A stretch of 47,939 nucleotides of DNA from a virus. Its lineage: Duplodnaviria; Heunggongvirae; Uroviricota; Caudoviricetes. A program made the position numbers and the translations under genes. The DNA is taken from the IMG/VR virus record IMGVR_UViG_2802429228_000006; one strand, 5' to 3'. Positions within the stretch are counted from its first letter, which is position 1. Every line of letters begins with the position of its first letter. The notes beneath the pieces are model-generated. The model had not been told where the DNA came from. It worked only from the letters and a program-made list of their open reading frames with translations, and made no database searches. This document shows, piece by piece, positions 18,050 to 28,533 of this stretch.

Positions 18050-18903
18050 GCACCATCCTGAAATGGGCGGGAAATAAAACCGCCATTATGTCCGAACTGA
18101 AAAAACATCTTCCTGCTGGCTCGCGACTGGTTGAACCTTTCGCGGGTTCCTGTGCTGTGATGATGGAGACGGATTACCCCAGCTATCTTGTTGCGGATAT
18201 TAATCCTGATTTAATCAACCTCTATAAAAAGGTTGCTGCTGATTGCGAGGCGTTTATATCTCGTGCCAGAGCTTTATTTGAGGAAGCAAACAGGGATGTG
18301 GCTTATTACAACATAAGGCAGGAGTTTAATTACTCCATTGAAATTACTGATTTCATGAAAGCGGTATATTTCCTGTATCTCAATCGTCATGGTTACCGTG
18401 GGTTATGTCGCTATAACAAGAGCGGGCATTTCAACATTCCGTACGGTAATTATAAAAATCCGTATTTCCCTGAAAAAGAAATTCGCGCATTTGCAGAGAA
18501 AGCCCAGCGGGCAACGTTTATATGCGCCAGCTTTGATGAAACGCTGGCGATGTTGAAGGCGGGGGATGTGGTGTATTGCGATCCGCCTTATGACGGTACG
18601 TTTTCCGACTATCACACTGACGGCTTCACTGAAGATGACCAGTATCACCTGGCATCCCTTCTTGAACATCGGTCATCAGAAGGACATCCGGTCATTGTTT
18701 CTAACAGTGACACATCCCTGATCCGTTCGCTGTATCGCAATTTTACTCACCACTACATCAAGGCAAAACGCAGCATCGGCGTAGCAGCTGGTGAGAGTAA
18801 ATCTGCAACAGAAATCATCGCTGTTTCCGGGACACGCTGCTGGGTGGGATTTGATTATTCGCGTGGCGTGGATAGTTCAGCCGTGTACGGAGTACGTGCA
18901 TGA
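18046..18903 (+). CDS. dam: DNA adenine methyltransferase (Dam-like, N6-MTase)
   Basis: KWAGNK...FAGS motif I and DPPY motif IV; ATG at 18046 with a GGAGG RBS. The track start at 17986 is an upstream extension overlapping the previous gene. Confidence 0.85.
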   Translation: MSTILKWAGNKTAIMSELKKHLPAGSRLVEPFAGSCAVMMETDYPSYLVADINPDLINLYKKVAADCEAFISRARALFEEANRDVAYYNIRQEFNYSIEITDFMKAVYFLYLNRHGYRGLCRYNKSGHFNIPYGNYKNPYFPEKEIRAFAEKAQRATFICASFDETLAMLKAGDVVYCDPPYDGTFSDYHTDGFTEDDQYHLASLLEHRSSEGHPVIVSNSDTSLIRSLYRNFTHHYIKAKRSIGVAAGESKSATEIIAVSGTRCWVGFDYSRGVDSSAVYGVRA

Positions 18904-21314
18904 GTCATGCCGATATGAACAACTGCTGCGGCTTTAACGAGGCTGCCGCAGCGTTCTCATGGAACAGCCCGAAAAAGGCCATTAACCCTTATCTGGACCC
19001 GGCGGAAGTCGCGCCGGTTTCTGCGCTTTCAAACCTGATCACTCTGTACGCTGCCGATAACGAGCAGGAACAGCTGCGCCGCGAGGCACTGAGTGATCAG
19101 GCCTGGGAGCGTTATTTCTTTAATGAATCCCGTGATCCTGTCCAACGCGAAATGGAGCAGGATAAGCTCATTAGCCGGGCAAAGCTGGCGCATGAGCAGC
19201 AGCGTTTTAATCCAGACATGGTCATTCTGGCGGACGTTAACGCCCAGCCTTCCCATATCAGCAAGCCGCTGATGCAACGTATTGAATACTTCAGCAGCCT
19301 GGGCAGGCCAAAGGCTTATTCCCGCTATTTGCGTGAGACGATTAAGCCATGTCTGGAACGACTGGAGCATGTACGCGACTGTCAGCTATCCACTTCTTTT
19401 CGCTTTATGGCAAGCCATGAAGGGCTGGACGGCCTGCTGATCCTGCCTGAAATGAGTCAGGATCAGGTGAAGCGCCTGTCTACCCTTGTCGCCGCGCATA
19501 TGAGCATGTGCCTTGATGCAGCTTGTGGTGATTTGTATGCCACCGATGACATTAAGCCAGAAGAAATCCGCAAAACATGGGAAAAGGTGGCAGCGGAAAC
19601 CCTGCGTCTGGATGTTATCCCGCCTGCGTTTGAGCAACTCCGTCGGAAAAGAAACCGCCGTAAACCCGTGCCTTATGAACTCATTCCGGGTTCGCTGGCG
19701 CGTATGTTATGCGCCGACTGGTGGTATCGGAAATTATGGAAGATGCGTTGCGAATGGCGGGAAGAGCAGTTGCGTGCTGTTTGCCTGGTCAGCAAAAAAG
19801 CATCTCCCTATGTCAGCTATGAAGCCGTGATGCATAAACGTGAGCAGCGCCGTAAGTCGCTGGAGTTTTTCCGTTCTCATGAACTGGTGAACGAAGACGG
19901 CGACACGCTGGATATGGAAGACGTGGTAAACGCCAGCAGCAGCAACCCTGCGCATCGCCGCAATGAGATGATGGCCTGTGTTAAAGGTCTGGAGCTTATC
20001 GCGGAAATGCGCGGTGACTGCGCCGTTTTCTACACCATCACCTGTCCGTCACGTTTCCATTCCACGCTAAATAACGGCAGGCCCAACCCGACCTGGACAA
20101 ATGCGACGGTAAGACAAAGCAGTGATTATCTGGTCGGTATGTTTGCTGCATTTCGTAAGGCGATGCACAAAGCCGGATTACGCTGGTATGGCGTGCGGGT
20201 GGCTGAGCCGCATCATGACGGTACAGTTCACTGGCACCTGTTGTGTTTTATGCGCAAAAAAGATCGCCGCGCCATTACTGCTTTGTTGCGTAAGTTTGCC
20301 ATTCGTGAAGACCGCGAGGAGCTGGGTAATAACACGGAACCACGCTTTAAGTCTGAGCTGATAAACCCGCGCAAAGGTACGCCAACAAGCTACATCGCGA
20401 AATACATCAGTAAGAACATTGACGGGCGTGGTCTGGCTGGCGAGATCAGCAAGGAAACGGGTAAATCCCTGCGTGATAACGCTGAATACGTTAATGCCTG
20501 GGCGTCTCTGCATCGTGTTCAGCAATTCCGCTTCTTTGGCATTCCGGGGCGTCAGGCTTACCGTGAACTGCGATTGCTGGCTGGTCAGGCGGCAAGGCAA
20601 CAGGGGGACAAAAAAGCAGGTGCGCCGGTACTGGATAACCCGCGCCTTGATGCCATCCTAGCCGCTGCTGATGCTGGTTGTTTTGCCACCTACATCATGA
20701 AGCAGGGCGGCGTACTGGTTCCCCGCAAATATCACCTCATCAGAACCGCTTATGAAATCAACGAAGAGCCGACCGCCTATGGCGATCACGGTATTCGTAT
20801 TTATGGCATCTGGTCACCCATTGCAGAGGGCAAGATCTGCACTCATGCGGTGAAGTGGAAAATGGTTCGTAAGGCCGTTGACATTCAGGAGGCGGCAGCC
20901 GACCAGGGCGCTTGCGCCCCTTGGACTCGTGGCAATAACTGTCCCCTTGCTGAAAATTTGAACCAACAGGAGAAAGATAAATCAGCTGATGGGGACCCCA
21001 GAACGGACATTACCAGCATGGATGACAAGGAGTTGCACGATTACCTGCACAGTATGAGCAAAAAAGAGCGCCGGGAACTGGCAGCAAGGTTACGCCTGGT
21101 GAAACCGAAACGGCGTAAAGACTACAAACAGCGAATTACAGACCATCAGCGACTGCAGCTCGTGTATGAGCTGAAGTCCAGAGGATTTGATGGCAGCGAG
21201 AAAGAGGTCGATTTACTCCTTCGCGGAGGCAGTATTCCGTCAGGAGCAGGCCTGCGTATCTTCTATCGGAACCAGCGTTTGCAGGAAGATGATCAGTGGC
21301 GGAACCTGTATTAA
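18900..21314 (+). CDS. A: Replication initiation endonuclease (P2 gene A family, rolling-circle initiator)
   Basis: 804-aa product of the size and position of P2/186 gene A, following the early operon. Confidence 0.85.
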   Translation: MSHADMNNCCGFNEAAAAFSWNSPKKAINPYLDPAEVAPVSALSNLITLYAADNEQEQLRREALSDQAWERYFFNESRDPVQREMEQDKLISRAKLAHEQQRFNPDMVILADVNAQPSHISKPLMQRIEYFSSLGRPKAYSRYLRETIKPCLERLEHVRDCQLSTSFRFMASHEGLDGLLILPEMSQDQVKRLSTLVAAHMSMCLDAACGDLYATDDIKPEEIRKTWEKVAAETLRLDVIPPAFEQLRRKRNRRKPVPYELIPGSLARMLCADWWYRKLWKMRCEWREEQLRAVCLVSKKASPYVSYEAVMHKREQRRKSLEFFRSHELVNEDGDTLDMEDVVNASSSNPAHRRNEMMACVKGLELIAEMRGDCAVFYTITCPSRFHSTLNNGRPNPTWTNATVRQSSDYLVGMFAAFRKAMHKAGLRWYGVRVAEPHHDGTVHWHLLCFMRKKDRRAITALLRKFAIREDREELGNNTEPRFKSELINPRKGTPTSYIAKYISKNIDGRGLAGEISKETGKSLRDNAEYVNAWASLHRVQQFRFFGIPGRQAYRELRLLAGQAARQQGDKKAGAPVLDNPRLDAILAAADAGCFATYIMKQGGVLVPRKYHLIRTAYEINEEPTAYGDHGIRIYGIWSPIAEGKICTHAVKWKMVRKAVDIQEAAADQGACAPWTRGNNCPLAENLNQQEKDKSADGDPRTDITSMDDKELHDYLHSMSKKERRELAARLRLVKPKRRKDYKQRITDHQRLQLVYELKSRGFDGSEKEVDLLLRGGSIPSGAGLRIFYRNQRLQEDDQWRNLY

Positions 21315-21408
21315 TTACGCGGGTTAACAATTCGTGCTCTTAATAATACCAGGCATATCAGGCTGATGAACGTAAAAAATCGTTTTACATCAGTAAGATT
21401 ATTATATA

Positions 21409-21424
21409 CTGTAAATATAAACAG
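21409..21424. promoter_or_regulatory. LexA (SOS) box, CTGT-N8-ACAG
   Basis: tactgtaaatataaacagtg lies about 45 bp upstream of the 21468 ATG. Confidence 0.6.
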
Positions 21425-21467
21425 TGGTTATGCATACAGCATTGCGTGTGGTGTCATAGGAGGAAAG

Positions 21468-21656
21468 ATGCAGGACTATTTTTTGGAGTCTTTGAAGCTC
21501 CAGCGCATTGATTTTTTTCTTAAGCTTGTAGCGGCTAGTGAGTGTAGTGATGAAGAGAAGGGGCTGGCTCTGCAGTGGGTTTCTGAATTGACTGATGAAC
21601 TCATGGCAAAAATCAGAACCCACGAATACAACCGCTCAATGGATGTCATCAGCTGA
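21468..21656 (+). CDS. Small SOS-controlled protein (62 aa), possible Tum-like antirepressor
   Basis: AGGAGG RBS and ATG directly downstream of the LexA box; function inferred from context only. Confidence 0.45.
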   Translation: MQDYFLESLKLQRIDFFLKLVAASECSDEEKGLALQWVSELTDELMAKIRTHEYNRSMDVIS

Positions 21657-21666
21657 GGTGACTTTT

Positions 21667-21900
21667 ATGCGCATTGAAATAATGATCGATAAAGAGCAGA
21701 AGATTAGCCAGTCTACCCTGGACGTCCTTGAATCCGAGCTTTACCGCAATCTGCGCCCCCTGTATCCCAAAACGGTAATTCGCATTCGCAAAGGTAGCTC
21801 TAACGGTGTGGAACTAACCGGACTGCAACTGGACGAAGAAAGAAAACAAGTGATGAAAATTATGCAGAAGGTGTGGGAAGACGACAGCTGGCTGCATTAA
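21667..21900 (+). CDS. DinI-family protein
   Basis: 77 aa starting MRIEIMIDKEQ... and ending ...WEDDSWLH, resembling the DinI fold; GAGGTG RBS. Co-transcribed with the upstream small ORF. Confidence 0.65.
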   Translation: MRIEIMIDKEQKISQSTLDVLESELYRNLRPLYPKTVIRIRKGSSNGVELTGLQLDEERKQVMKIMQKVWEDDSWLH

Positions 21901-22035
21901 GAAACGTTGCTGGCGTCTGAACTTGCTTCTGGCGTCAGCAAGGTTGAACAACGAGCCCTTGCGAGGCGTTAGCTCTGTAGTGCATGTCTATGCCGCATGA
22001 GATCGCATGATCGTTTGAGGATCGTTTTTGCTAAG

Positions 22036-22059
22036 GCCCGCCAGAACTGGCGGGCTTTT
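22036..22059 (+). terminator. Rho-independent terminator after the SOS operon
   Basis: gcccgccagaactggcgggc followed by tttt. Confidence 0.55.
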
Positions 22060-22104
22060 GCGTAGATCATGCAGGTGCATGAAAACCACTACATAAAGCG
22101 GGCA

Positions 22105-22123
22105 GGCGTGGCGGGGATACGAG
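22105..22123. other. Candidate cos site of the P2/186-like prophage
   Basis: ggcgtggcggggatacgag shares its first 13 nt with the 186 cohesive end as I recall it (GGCGTGGCGGGGA...). Confidence 0.35.
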
Positions 22124-22221
22124 CGCGCGTATTTGGTCGTTACTTAGCTTTTTTTTATCAATAGATTAAGCTAACTTAAGTCTTTTTAGGAAAAAATATT
22201 TTTTCGTGATGAGGTAGAAAG

Positions 22222-23631
22222 ATGTCTTTTCTTGATATAAAAAAAATGAGTAAAGAGAGGTTTAATGCTTTTGTTGATTGGACCAGAATGCCAAATACTG
22301 AACTTTTAGGCTATGAGTTTGAGTGGTACTGTAGTCCGAGAGAGTTCCTGCTAGGGGCACTATTATTGGATCAAATCGATGAAGATTATAGCGGTATTGT
22401 TTTAGCAAGAGACTTAAGTGGGAGATATAGATGTATTGACCTATTTACTAGTGTTTCAGAAATGAATTCTGCACGAGCAAAACTAAAGAAATTAATGCGG
22501 AAGCATACTAAATTAAACGTAAAAGTATTTCCACAAGGTGATGAAACTTATAAAGCAATGGATTTATTCACACCTATAGTTACACCAGATAAACTTCATC
22601 ATCATTTTTCATTATTTGGTAAATATGCGAACTGGTCGCCTGCAACAGGGATAATCAAGGAAATGATGAATCATTTTGAGGATGTCGACGGGAATTTTAT
22701 AGAGCAGTTTCAGACAACAGGTTTTGATGCCCGGCTATGGGAGTTATATCTTTTCGCATATTTACGAGAGGAACACTTTTGGCTAGATAGGCAGTTTAAT
22801 GCCCCTGATTATGTGGCACGTAAGTATGGTAATACTATTTGCATTGAAGCTGTAACGGTTAATCCAACAGGGAATGATATTAATCAATCATCTGAAATGC
22901 TATCTGAACCTAAAAGTAAGGAAGAATTGCTAGAGAAAATAGAGAATTATATGCCGATTAAATTTGGAAGTTCTCTCTATTCTAAACTGAAAAAGAAAAC
23001 TCGATACTGGGATCTAGAACATGTTAAGGGGAATCCTTTAATTTTCGCAATTGCTGATTTTCATGAACCAAACTCTATGATTTGGTCCCATAGTGCACTT
23101 TGGCAGTATCTTTATGGTATTCGCTATGAGCATGTTAAATCTGAAGATGGATGTTACAGTTTAGCAACTAAGAAAATTATATCGCATCAATTTGAGAAAA
23201 AGGAAATCCCTTCAGGCTTTTTCTTCTTGGATGAGTCTGAAAATATTTCGGCCGTCCTTAGTTCTAATAGTGGTACTATATCGAAGTTTAATCGGATGGG
23301 AAAACTGGCTGGTTTTGGAAGAAGTGACCTTAGATTATTTAGGAGTGGTTACTGCCATGATCATGACCCAGAGGCATTATATCCAGCAGCATTTAGTTTT
23401 GAAGTGAAAGAAGGCGATATTACAGAAACATGGGCAGAAGGTTTAAATATGTATCATAATCCTAATGCTAAATATCCTGTAGATCCTGATTTATTTCCTT
23501 CAATAGCACATCATTTTCTTGAAAATGGAGAGGTTAAAAGTATAGTGCCTGACTTTCATCCGTATACATCTATTACCATAAATGTCTTAACTCAAAATAA
23601 TAAAAAACAAAAAATCAGAGTAGATGAGTAA
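22222..23631 (+). CDS. Cargo protein (469 aa) of unrecognised family; candidate anti-phage factor
   Basis: AT-rich ORF in the variable region between gene A and portal gene Q; no P-loop, RT or obvious nuclease motif. Confidence 0.7.
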   Translation: MSFLDIKKMSKERFNAFVDWTRMPNTELLGYEFEWYCSPREFLLGALLLDQIDEDYSGIVLARDLSGRYRCIDLFTSVSEMNSARAKLKKLMRKHTKLNVKVFPQGDETYKAMDLFTPIVTPDKLHHHFSLFGKYANWSPATGIIKEMMNHFEDVDGNFIEQFQTTGFDARLWELYLFAYLREEHFWLDRQFNAPDYVARKYGNTICIEAVTVNPTGNDINQSSEMLSEPKSKEELLEKIENYMPIKFGSSLYSKLKKKTRYWDLEHVKGNPLIFAIADFHEPNSMIWSHSALWQYLYGIRYEHVKSEDGCYSLATKKIISHQFEKKEIPSGFFFLDESENISAVLSSNSGTISKFNRMGKLAGFGRSDLRLFRSGYCHDHDPEALYPAAFSFEVKEGDITETWAEGLNMYHNPNAKYPVDPDLFPSIAHHFLENGEVKSIVPDFHPYTSITINVLTQNNKKQKIRVDE

Positions 23632-23652
23632 TTAATTAGGTTTATTCTTGTT

Positions 23653-23673
23653 AACCACCTCATAGAGGTGGTT
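23653..23673. terminator. Hairpin between the convergent cargo gene and Q
   Basis: aaccacctcatagaggtggtt, a 9-bp stem, in an AT-rich context. Confidence 0.4.
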
Positions 23674-23678
23674 ATTAA

Positions 23679-24716
23679 TTAGTCTAGGGATAGTTGATAT
23701 TCTTTGAATGTAATAATATTATTTTTTAGCCATAAATTTAATTCTTCGAAACGTTTTTGCAAAGGTATTAATTCATTACGAACAAATACCCGACTTGCCT
23801 TCTCCACATCCCCAAACCCCCCAACATTATTCGGCAAAATTCCCATCATCTGAGGCGGTACGCGGTGTGCAGCCATCATGTCGTCCCGGCTCACGTTCTT
23901 GATGTTCAGAAATTCATCTTTCGCTGCGACTTCTGACAACGGGATGATCTGAAGCCCGTCCTTTTTGCCGTTAGGCGAGTACATAAACAGGTTGCGGAAG
24001 TTGCCAGGGCCTTTGGCGCTTTTCATCGCGTTGCGGAGGTTGTTCACATCTTCCTGGTTCTGCGCGGCGTCGGTCATATACATGATGAAGCCTGCATGAC
24101 TGCCGTTAATGTAATACTTGCGGCGGAACAGCGTGGCAGACTCGTTGAGCAGGGCGGATGGAATAGCAGAAAGATAACCGGGCAGGCCGTAGATCTCCTG
24201 GTTGATGTCCGGTTCCATCAGATGAAAGATGCTGCCTTTCGTGAACTGATATGGCTGCGTGGTCATACCGTATTGCACAAACCAGTAGGTATCCAGGTCT
24301 AACCCGCGTCGGGTGTATTTTGCCAAGGCAGGTTCAAGGGCGATAACTTCACCGAAGCGGTTCGTGCGTTTCTCCAGGTAGGCGTTACCAAATACCAGAT
24401 AGTCCTGCACAAAACGCGAAAAAGCCTGCTGGCTGAGCAGCGGGTGAGGGATGTAGGTGCTGGTCAGAATGTTGCACTTTACTGCAATCGGGGAACTATG
24501 ATGAACGGCAGCGCGGAAGGTGCGCGCCAGTCCGTCAAAGCTGACGGGCGGCTCATACCAGCGGTCCATCTGTACGCATTCCACATAATCCAGCAGTTCT
24601 CGGCGGTCCAGAACAGGAACGGGATCGCCGAAGCTGAATGCTTCGGCTGTAGTTTGACTTTTAAGCTGGATCTGTTTCGTCGCCGCAGCGCGGTTCTTCT
24701 TACTCTTTCCCATCAA
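23679..24716 (-). CDS. Q: Portal protein (P2 Q homolog)
   Basis: 345-aa P2-family portal at the head of the leftward P-Q operon. Confidence 0.9.
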   Translation of the reverse strand: MMGKSKKNRAAATKQIQLKSQTTAEAFSFGDPVPVLDRRELLDYVECVQMDRWYEPPVSFDGLARTFRAAVHHSSPIAVKCNILTSTYIPHPLLSQQAFSRFVQDYLVFGNAYLEKRTNRFGEVIALEPALAKYTRRGLDLDTYWFVQYGMTTQPYQFTKGSIFHLMEPDINQEIYGLPGYLSAIPSALLNESATLFRRKYYINGSHAGFIMYMTDAAQNQEDVNNLRNAMKSAKGPGNFRNLFMYSPNGKKDGLQIIPLSEVAAKDEFLNIKNVSRDDMMAAHRVPPQMMGILPNNVGGFGDVEKASRVFVRNELIPLQKRFEELNLWLKNNIITFKEYQLSLD

Positions 24717-26479
24717 AAAATCTCCACAATATTGCTGGTATTGGCGGATTCGCCCTGCAGCGGTTCGTTAAACAGTGCGTGCATCGTTGCCCAGGCCAGA
24801 TCGGCGTGGCTGGCTTCTTCGCTGCGGCTGGCTTCATAGGTCGGGCGGTTGCCACTGGCGGTGGTGGCGCGGCGGATTGCCATAAAGGACTGCGCTATGT
24901 CGGTGTGTCCGGCGTCAAACTCCAGACGGCGGTGGCTGATAATGTCGTAGGCCTTGAGTACCAGGGCGTTTTTAACGTTGGGGTTGTAGACAAACTCCCG
25001 GACGGCAGGAAAAAACGCTTTCACGTTCTCGTAAACCCCGTGACCAACGCCGGTTGAGTCGATACCGATATAGGTCACGTTGTACTGTTCGGTCAGTTTT
25101 TTGATGGCGTCAGCCTGGGCGCGGAAGTCCATTCCGCGCCACTGGTGACGCTCAAGAATGCGGAACTTACCGCCCGGCACGGCTGGCGGCGCCACCACCA
25201 CGCATCCGGCGCTGTCGCCGTTCTGCGTACCTTTCGCCGGGTCATATCCGATCCACACTTCGCGCCAGCCAAACGGGCGCAGGGCCAGTGCATGAAAGTC
25301 GGTCCAGACTTCCCAACTGTCCACCATGCACGCCTGCAGCTCGCTGAGTGGGAACACAGACGCGAGATCGTCCACGAACTCACACATCAGCAGGTTCTGG
25401 TATTCGTCCGGGCTGTACTCCATGCGCAACTGGTCGAGGTCGAACAGGTTACAGCCGCCGCGCACCGCATCTTCCACAGTGACTATCTGGCGGTACTGCC
25501 CGTCTGCGCACAGCAGGCCGGGGGCCAGATTGCTGTGGGACAGGTCGATGTCCACCTTATCGGCTTTGTTGCGCCCTCGGTTGAACAGCGCACCGGACCA
25601 GAACGGATAAGCACTGTGTGTCAGGCTGGATGGCGTGGAAAAATAGGTTTGTCGCCATTTTTTGTGAATAGCCATACCGGAAGCCACTTTGCGCAGCTCC
25701 TGGAATTTCGGTATCCAGAAATATTCATCCAGATACAGGTTGCCGTGGTAACTCTGGGCCGTGCGGGCATTGGTGCCGAGGAAGTACAGCGTGGCCCCGT
25801 TAGGAAGCACCATCGGATCGCCTTTCAGCTCCACCTCCACTTCTTTGGCGAAGTCGATGATGTACTGCTTAAAGACGTGGGCCTGAGCCTTGCTGGCGGA
25901 AAGGAAAATCTGGTTACGCCCGGTTAGCAGGGCGTCAATCAGGGCTTCACGGGCAAAATAGAAGGTCGCGCCGATCTGGCGTGACTTCAGCAGGTTGCGG
26001 ATGCGGTTGGTTTTTCCGGCTTCCCACCAGTGGCGCTGGTAGTTGAACATGGAGGAATGGAAGATTTCTTCCAGCTTCTCAATCTGTTCATCGGTGAAAA
26101 CGTTCTTTTCCGGCTGACGGCGCGGGCCTTTGTTGCGGTTGGCGACGTTAGGGTTTAAGTCGGCTTCGTTGCCGCCATTGTTAAACTTGCCGATCCGCGC
26201 ATGGCGCTCCGACTGGCGCGCCAGCAGGTCAATCTCTTTGAAATCTTTCCCTTCTTTGTGCTCCTTCATAATGAGCTGGCAGTAGCGTGCGGCGGTGGTG
26301 AGCTGCATCTGATCCAGCGGCCCATAGTCACCCCACTTGTCGCGTTTTTTCCAGCTGTGAACGGTTGCAACTTTCTCGCCCAGCATTTCAGCAATGCGGG
26401 CTACGCGGTATCCCTGAAAGTACAGCAGCATGGCCTGCCGACGGGGATCGAGATCTGCGGGTGTCAGTGTGGTGTTCAT
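24713..26479 (-). CDS. P: Terminase large (ATPase) subunit (P2 P homolog)
   Basis: 588-aa P2-family terminase ATPase, divergent from O. Confidence 0.9.
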   Translation of the reverse strand: MNTTLTPADLDPRRQAMLLYFQGYRVARIAEMLGEKVATVHSWKKRDKWGDYGPLDQMQLTTAARYCQLIMKEHKEGKDFKEIDLLARQSERHARIGKFNNGGNEADLNPNVANRNKGPRRQPEKNVFTDEQIEKLEEIFHSSMFNYQRHWWEAGKTNRIRNLLKSRQIGATFYFAREALIDALLTGRNQIFLSASKAQAHVFKQYIIDFAKEVEVELKGDPMVLPNGATLYFLGTNARTAQSYHGNLYLDEYFWIPKFQELRKVASGMAIHKKWRQTYFSTPSSLTHSAYPFWSGALFNRGRNKADKVDIDLSHSNLAPGLLCADGQYRQIVTVEDAVRGGCNLFDLDQLRMEYSPDEYQNLLMCEFVDDLASVFPLSELQACMVDSWEVWTDFHALALRPFGWREVWIGYDPAKGTQNGDSAGCVVVAPPAVPGGKFRILERHQWRGMDFRAQADAIKKLTEQYNVTYIGIDSTGVGHGVYENVKAFFPAVREFVYNPNVKNALVLKAYDIISHRRLEFDAGHTDIAQSFMAIRRATTASGNRPTYEASRSEEASHADLAWATMHALFNEPLQGESANTSNIVEIF

Positions 26480-26525
26480 GGCACAAACCTACAGCCTTGA
26501 ATGAAGGCTTTCCCCGCCTGCGGTT

Positions 26526-26543
26526 TGTGTGGTTGTCGGTACA
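26526..26543. promoter_or_regulatory. Ogr/Delta activator site (TGT-N12-ACA) in the divergent P/O late promoter region
   Basis: tgtgtggttgtcggtaca between the divergent P and O genes. Confidence 0.5.
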
Positions 26544-26621
26544 AATACCGCGCATTGTTTCACTGCCCCCATCACCGCAACCATAAGGCTCCAGTAAGTT
26601 TTTTCTAACGGAGCACGGCTC

Positions 26622-27455
26622 ATGACAGTGAAAGCAAAGCGTTTTCGCATCGGGGTGGAAGGTGCCACCACCGACGGACGCGAAATCCAGCGTGAATGGC
26701 TGGAACAGATGGCAGCCAGCTACAACCCGGCGGTGTATACCGCGCTGATTAACCTTGAGCACATCAAGTCTTATCTGCCGGACAGCACCTTTAACCGCTA
26801 CGGCAAGGTGACGGCGCTGTTTGCTGAAGAAATCACGGAAGGTCCGCTGGCAGGCAAGATGGCGCTGTATGCCGACGTTGAGCCAACGGAGTCCCTGGTG
26901 GAACTGGTGAAAAAAGGCCAGAAATTATTCACCTCTATGGAAGTCAGCCCGAAGTTCGCTGATACGGGCAAAGCCTATCTGGTCGGCCTGGCTGCCACTG
27001 ATGACCCTGCCAGTCTGGGTACGGAAATGCTGACATTCAGCGCCAGTGCAGCCCATAACCCGCTGGCAAACCGCAAGCAGAATCCTGCCAATCTCTTTAC
27101 CGCTGCAGAGGAAACGGTGATCGAACTGGAAGAAATCCAGGACGACAAACCGTCCCTGTTTGCCCGCGTCACGGCGCTGTTTACCAAAAAAGAGCAGTCC
27201 GATGACGCCCGGTTCTCTGATGTGCATAAGGCCGTGGAGCTGGTCGCCACTGAGCAGCAGAACCTGAGCGCACGCACCGAAAAATCCCTGTCTGAGCAGG
27301 AAGAACGCCTGTCTGAGCTGGAGACTGCCCTGCAGGCACAGCAAACCGCCTTTAACGAACTGGTGGACAAGCTGAGTCATGAAGACAGTCGCCAGGACTA
27401 CCGCCAGCGTGCAACAGGCGGTAACGCCCCCGCTGACACTCTGACCAATTGCTGA
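26622..27455 (+). CDS. O: Capsid scaffolding protein (P2 O homolog)
   Basis: 277 aa preceding the major capsid gene. Confidence 0.85.
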   Translation: MTVKAKRFRIGVEGATTDGREIQREWLEQMAASYNPAVYTALINLEHIKSYLPDSTFNRYGKVTALFAEEITEGPLAGKMALYADVEPTESLVELVKKGQKLFTSMEVSPKFADTGKAYLVGLAATDDPASLGTEMLTFSASAAHNPLANRKQNPANLFTAAEETVIELEEIQDDKPSLFARVTALFTKKEQSDDARFSDVHKAVELVATEQQNLSARTEKSLSEQEERLSELETALQAQQTAFNELVDKLSHEDSRQDYRQRATGGNAPADTLTNC

Positions 27456-27471
27456 TGGAGCACAAAACCCG

Positions 27472-28530
27472 ATGAAGAAGAATACCCGCTTTGCTTTTAA
27501 CGCTTACCTGCAGCAGCTGGCGCGTCTGAACGGTGTGGCAGTTGAAGAACTGTCCAGCAAGTTCACCGTGGAGCCGTCTGTGCAGCAGACGCTGGAAGAC
27601 CAGATCCAGCAGTCCGCCGCTTTCCTGACGCTGATTAACGTCACGCCAGTGACTGAGCAGTCCGGTCAGCTGCTGGGGCTGGGAGTTGGCAGCACCATTG
27701 CCGGAACCACTGACACCACCGCGAAAGAGCGTGAACCTGTCGATCCGACGCTGATGGTCGATGTGGAATATAAATGCGAGCAGACCAACTTTGACACGGT
27801 GCTGACCTACGCGAAGCTGGACCTGTGGGCGAAGTTTCAGGATTTCCAGGTGCGCATCCGTGACGCCATCGTGAAACGTCAGGCTCTGGACCGCATCATG
27901 ATCGGCTTTAACGGCGTGAAGCGTGCGAAAACCTCCAACCGTAGCGAAAACCCGCTGCTGCAGGATGTGAACAAAGGCTGGCTGCAGAAAATCCGTGAAG
28001 ATGCACCGGATCACGTCATGGGCAGCACCACCACGGGCGGTGAAACCACACCGGGTGCGGTGAAAGTCGGGAAAGGTGGCGAATATGCCAACCTGGACGC
28101 CGTGGTGATGGATGCCGTCAATGAGCTTATCGATGTGGTCTACCAGGACGATGACGATCTGGTGGTGATTTGCGGTCGTGAACTGCTGTCTGACAAGTAT
28201 TTCCCGCTGGTCAACAAAGAGCAGGAAAACAGTGAAAAACTGGCTGCTGATATGATCATCAGTCAGAAACGCATGGGTGGCCTGCAGGCCGTGCGTGCGC
28301 CGTTCTTCCCGCCGAATGCACTGCTGATCACCCGTCTGGATAACCTGTCCATCTACTGGCAGGAAGACACCCGCCGCCGCTCAGTTATCGACAACCCGAA
28401 ACGTGACCGGATTGAAAACTTTGAATCCGTTAACGAAGCCTATGTGGTTGAGGACTACCGCTGCGCCGCACTGGTGGAAAACATCCAGATTGGCGACTTC
28501 AGCGCCGCAGCAGCAGAAACCGGAGCGTAA
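27472..28530 (+). CDS. N: Major capsid protein (P2 N homolog)
   Basis: 352-aa P2-family capsid protein. Confidence 0.9.
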   Translation: MKKNTRFAFNAYLQQLARLNGVAVEELSSKFTVEPSVQQTLEDQIQQSAAFLTLINVTPVTEQSGQLLGLGVGSTIAGTTDTTAKEREPVDPTLMVDVEYKCEQTNFDTVLTYAKLDLWAKFQDFQVRIRDAIVKRQALDRIMIGFNGVKRAKTSNRSENPLLQDVNKGWLQKIREDAPDHVMGSTTTGGETTPGAVKVGKGGEYANLDAVVMDAVNELIDVVYQDDDDLVVICGRELLSDKYFPLVNKEQENSEKLAADMIISQKRMGGLQAVRAPFFPPNALLITRLDNLSIYWQEDTRRRSVIDNPKRDRIENFESVNEAYVVEDYRCAALVENIQIGDFSAAAAETGA

Positions 28531-28533
28531 TTC

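Noticed and set aside
25145-25927. 260-aa plus-strand ORF inside the terminase large subunit gene
   Set aside because: Antisense shadow ORF within a conserved gene.
27352-28014. 220-aa minus-strand ORF overlapping the capsid gene
   Set aside because: Antisense shadow ORF within conserved structural genes.
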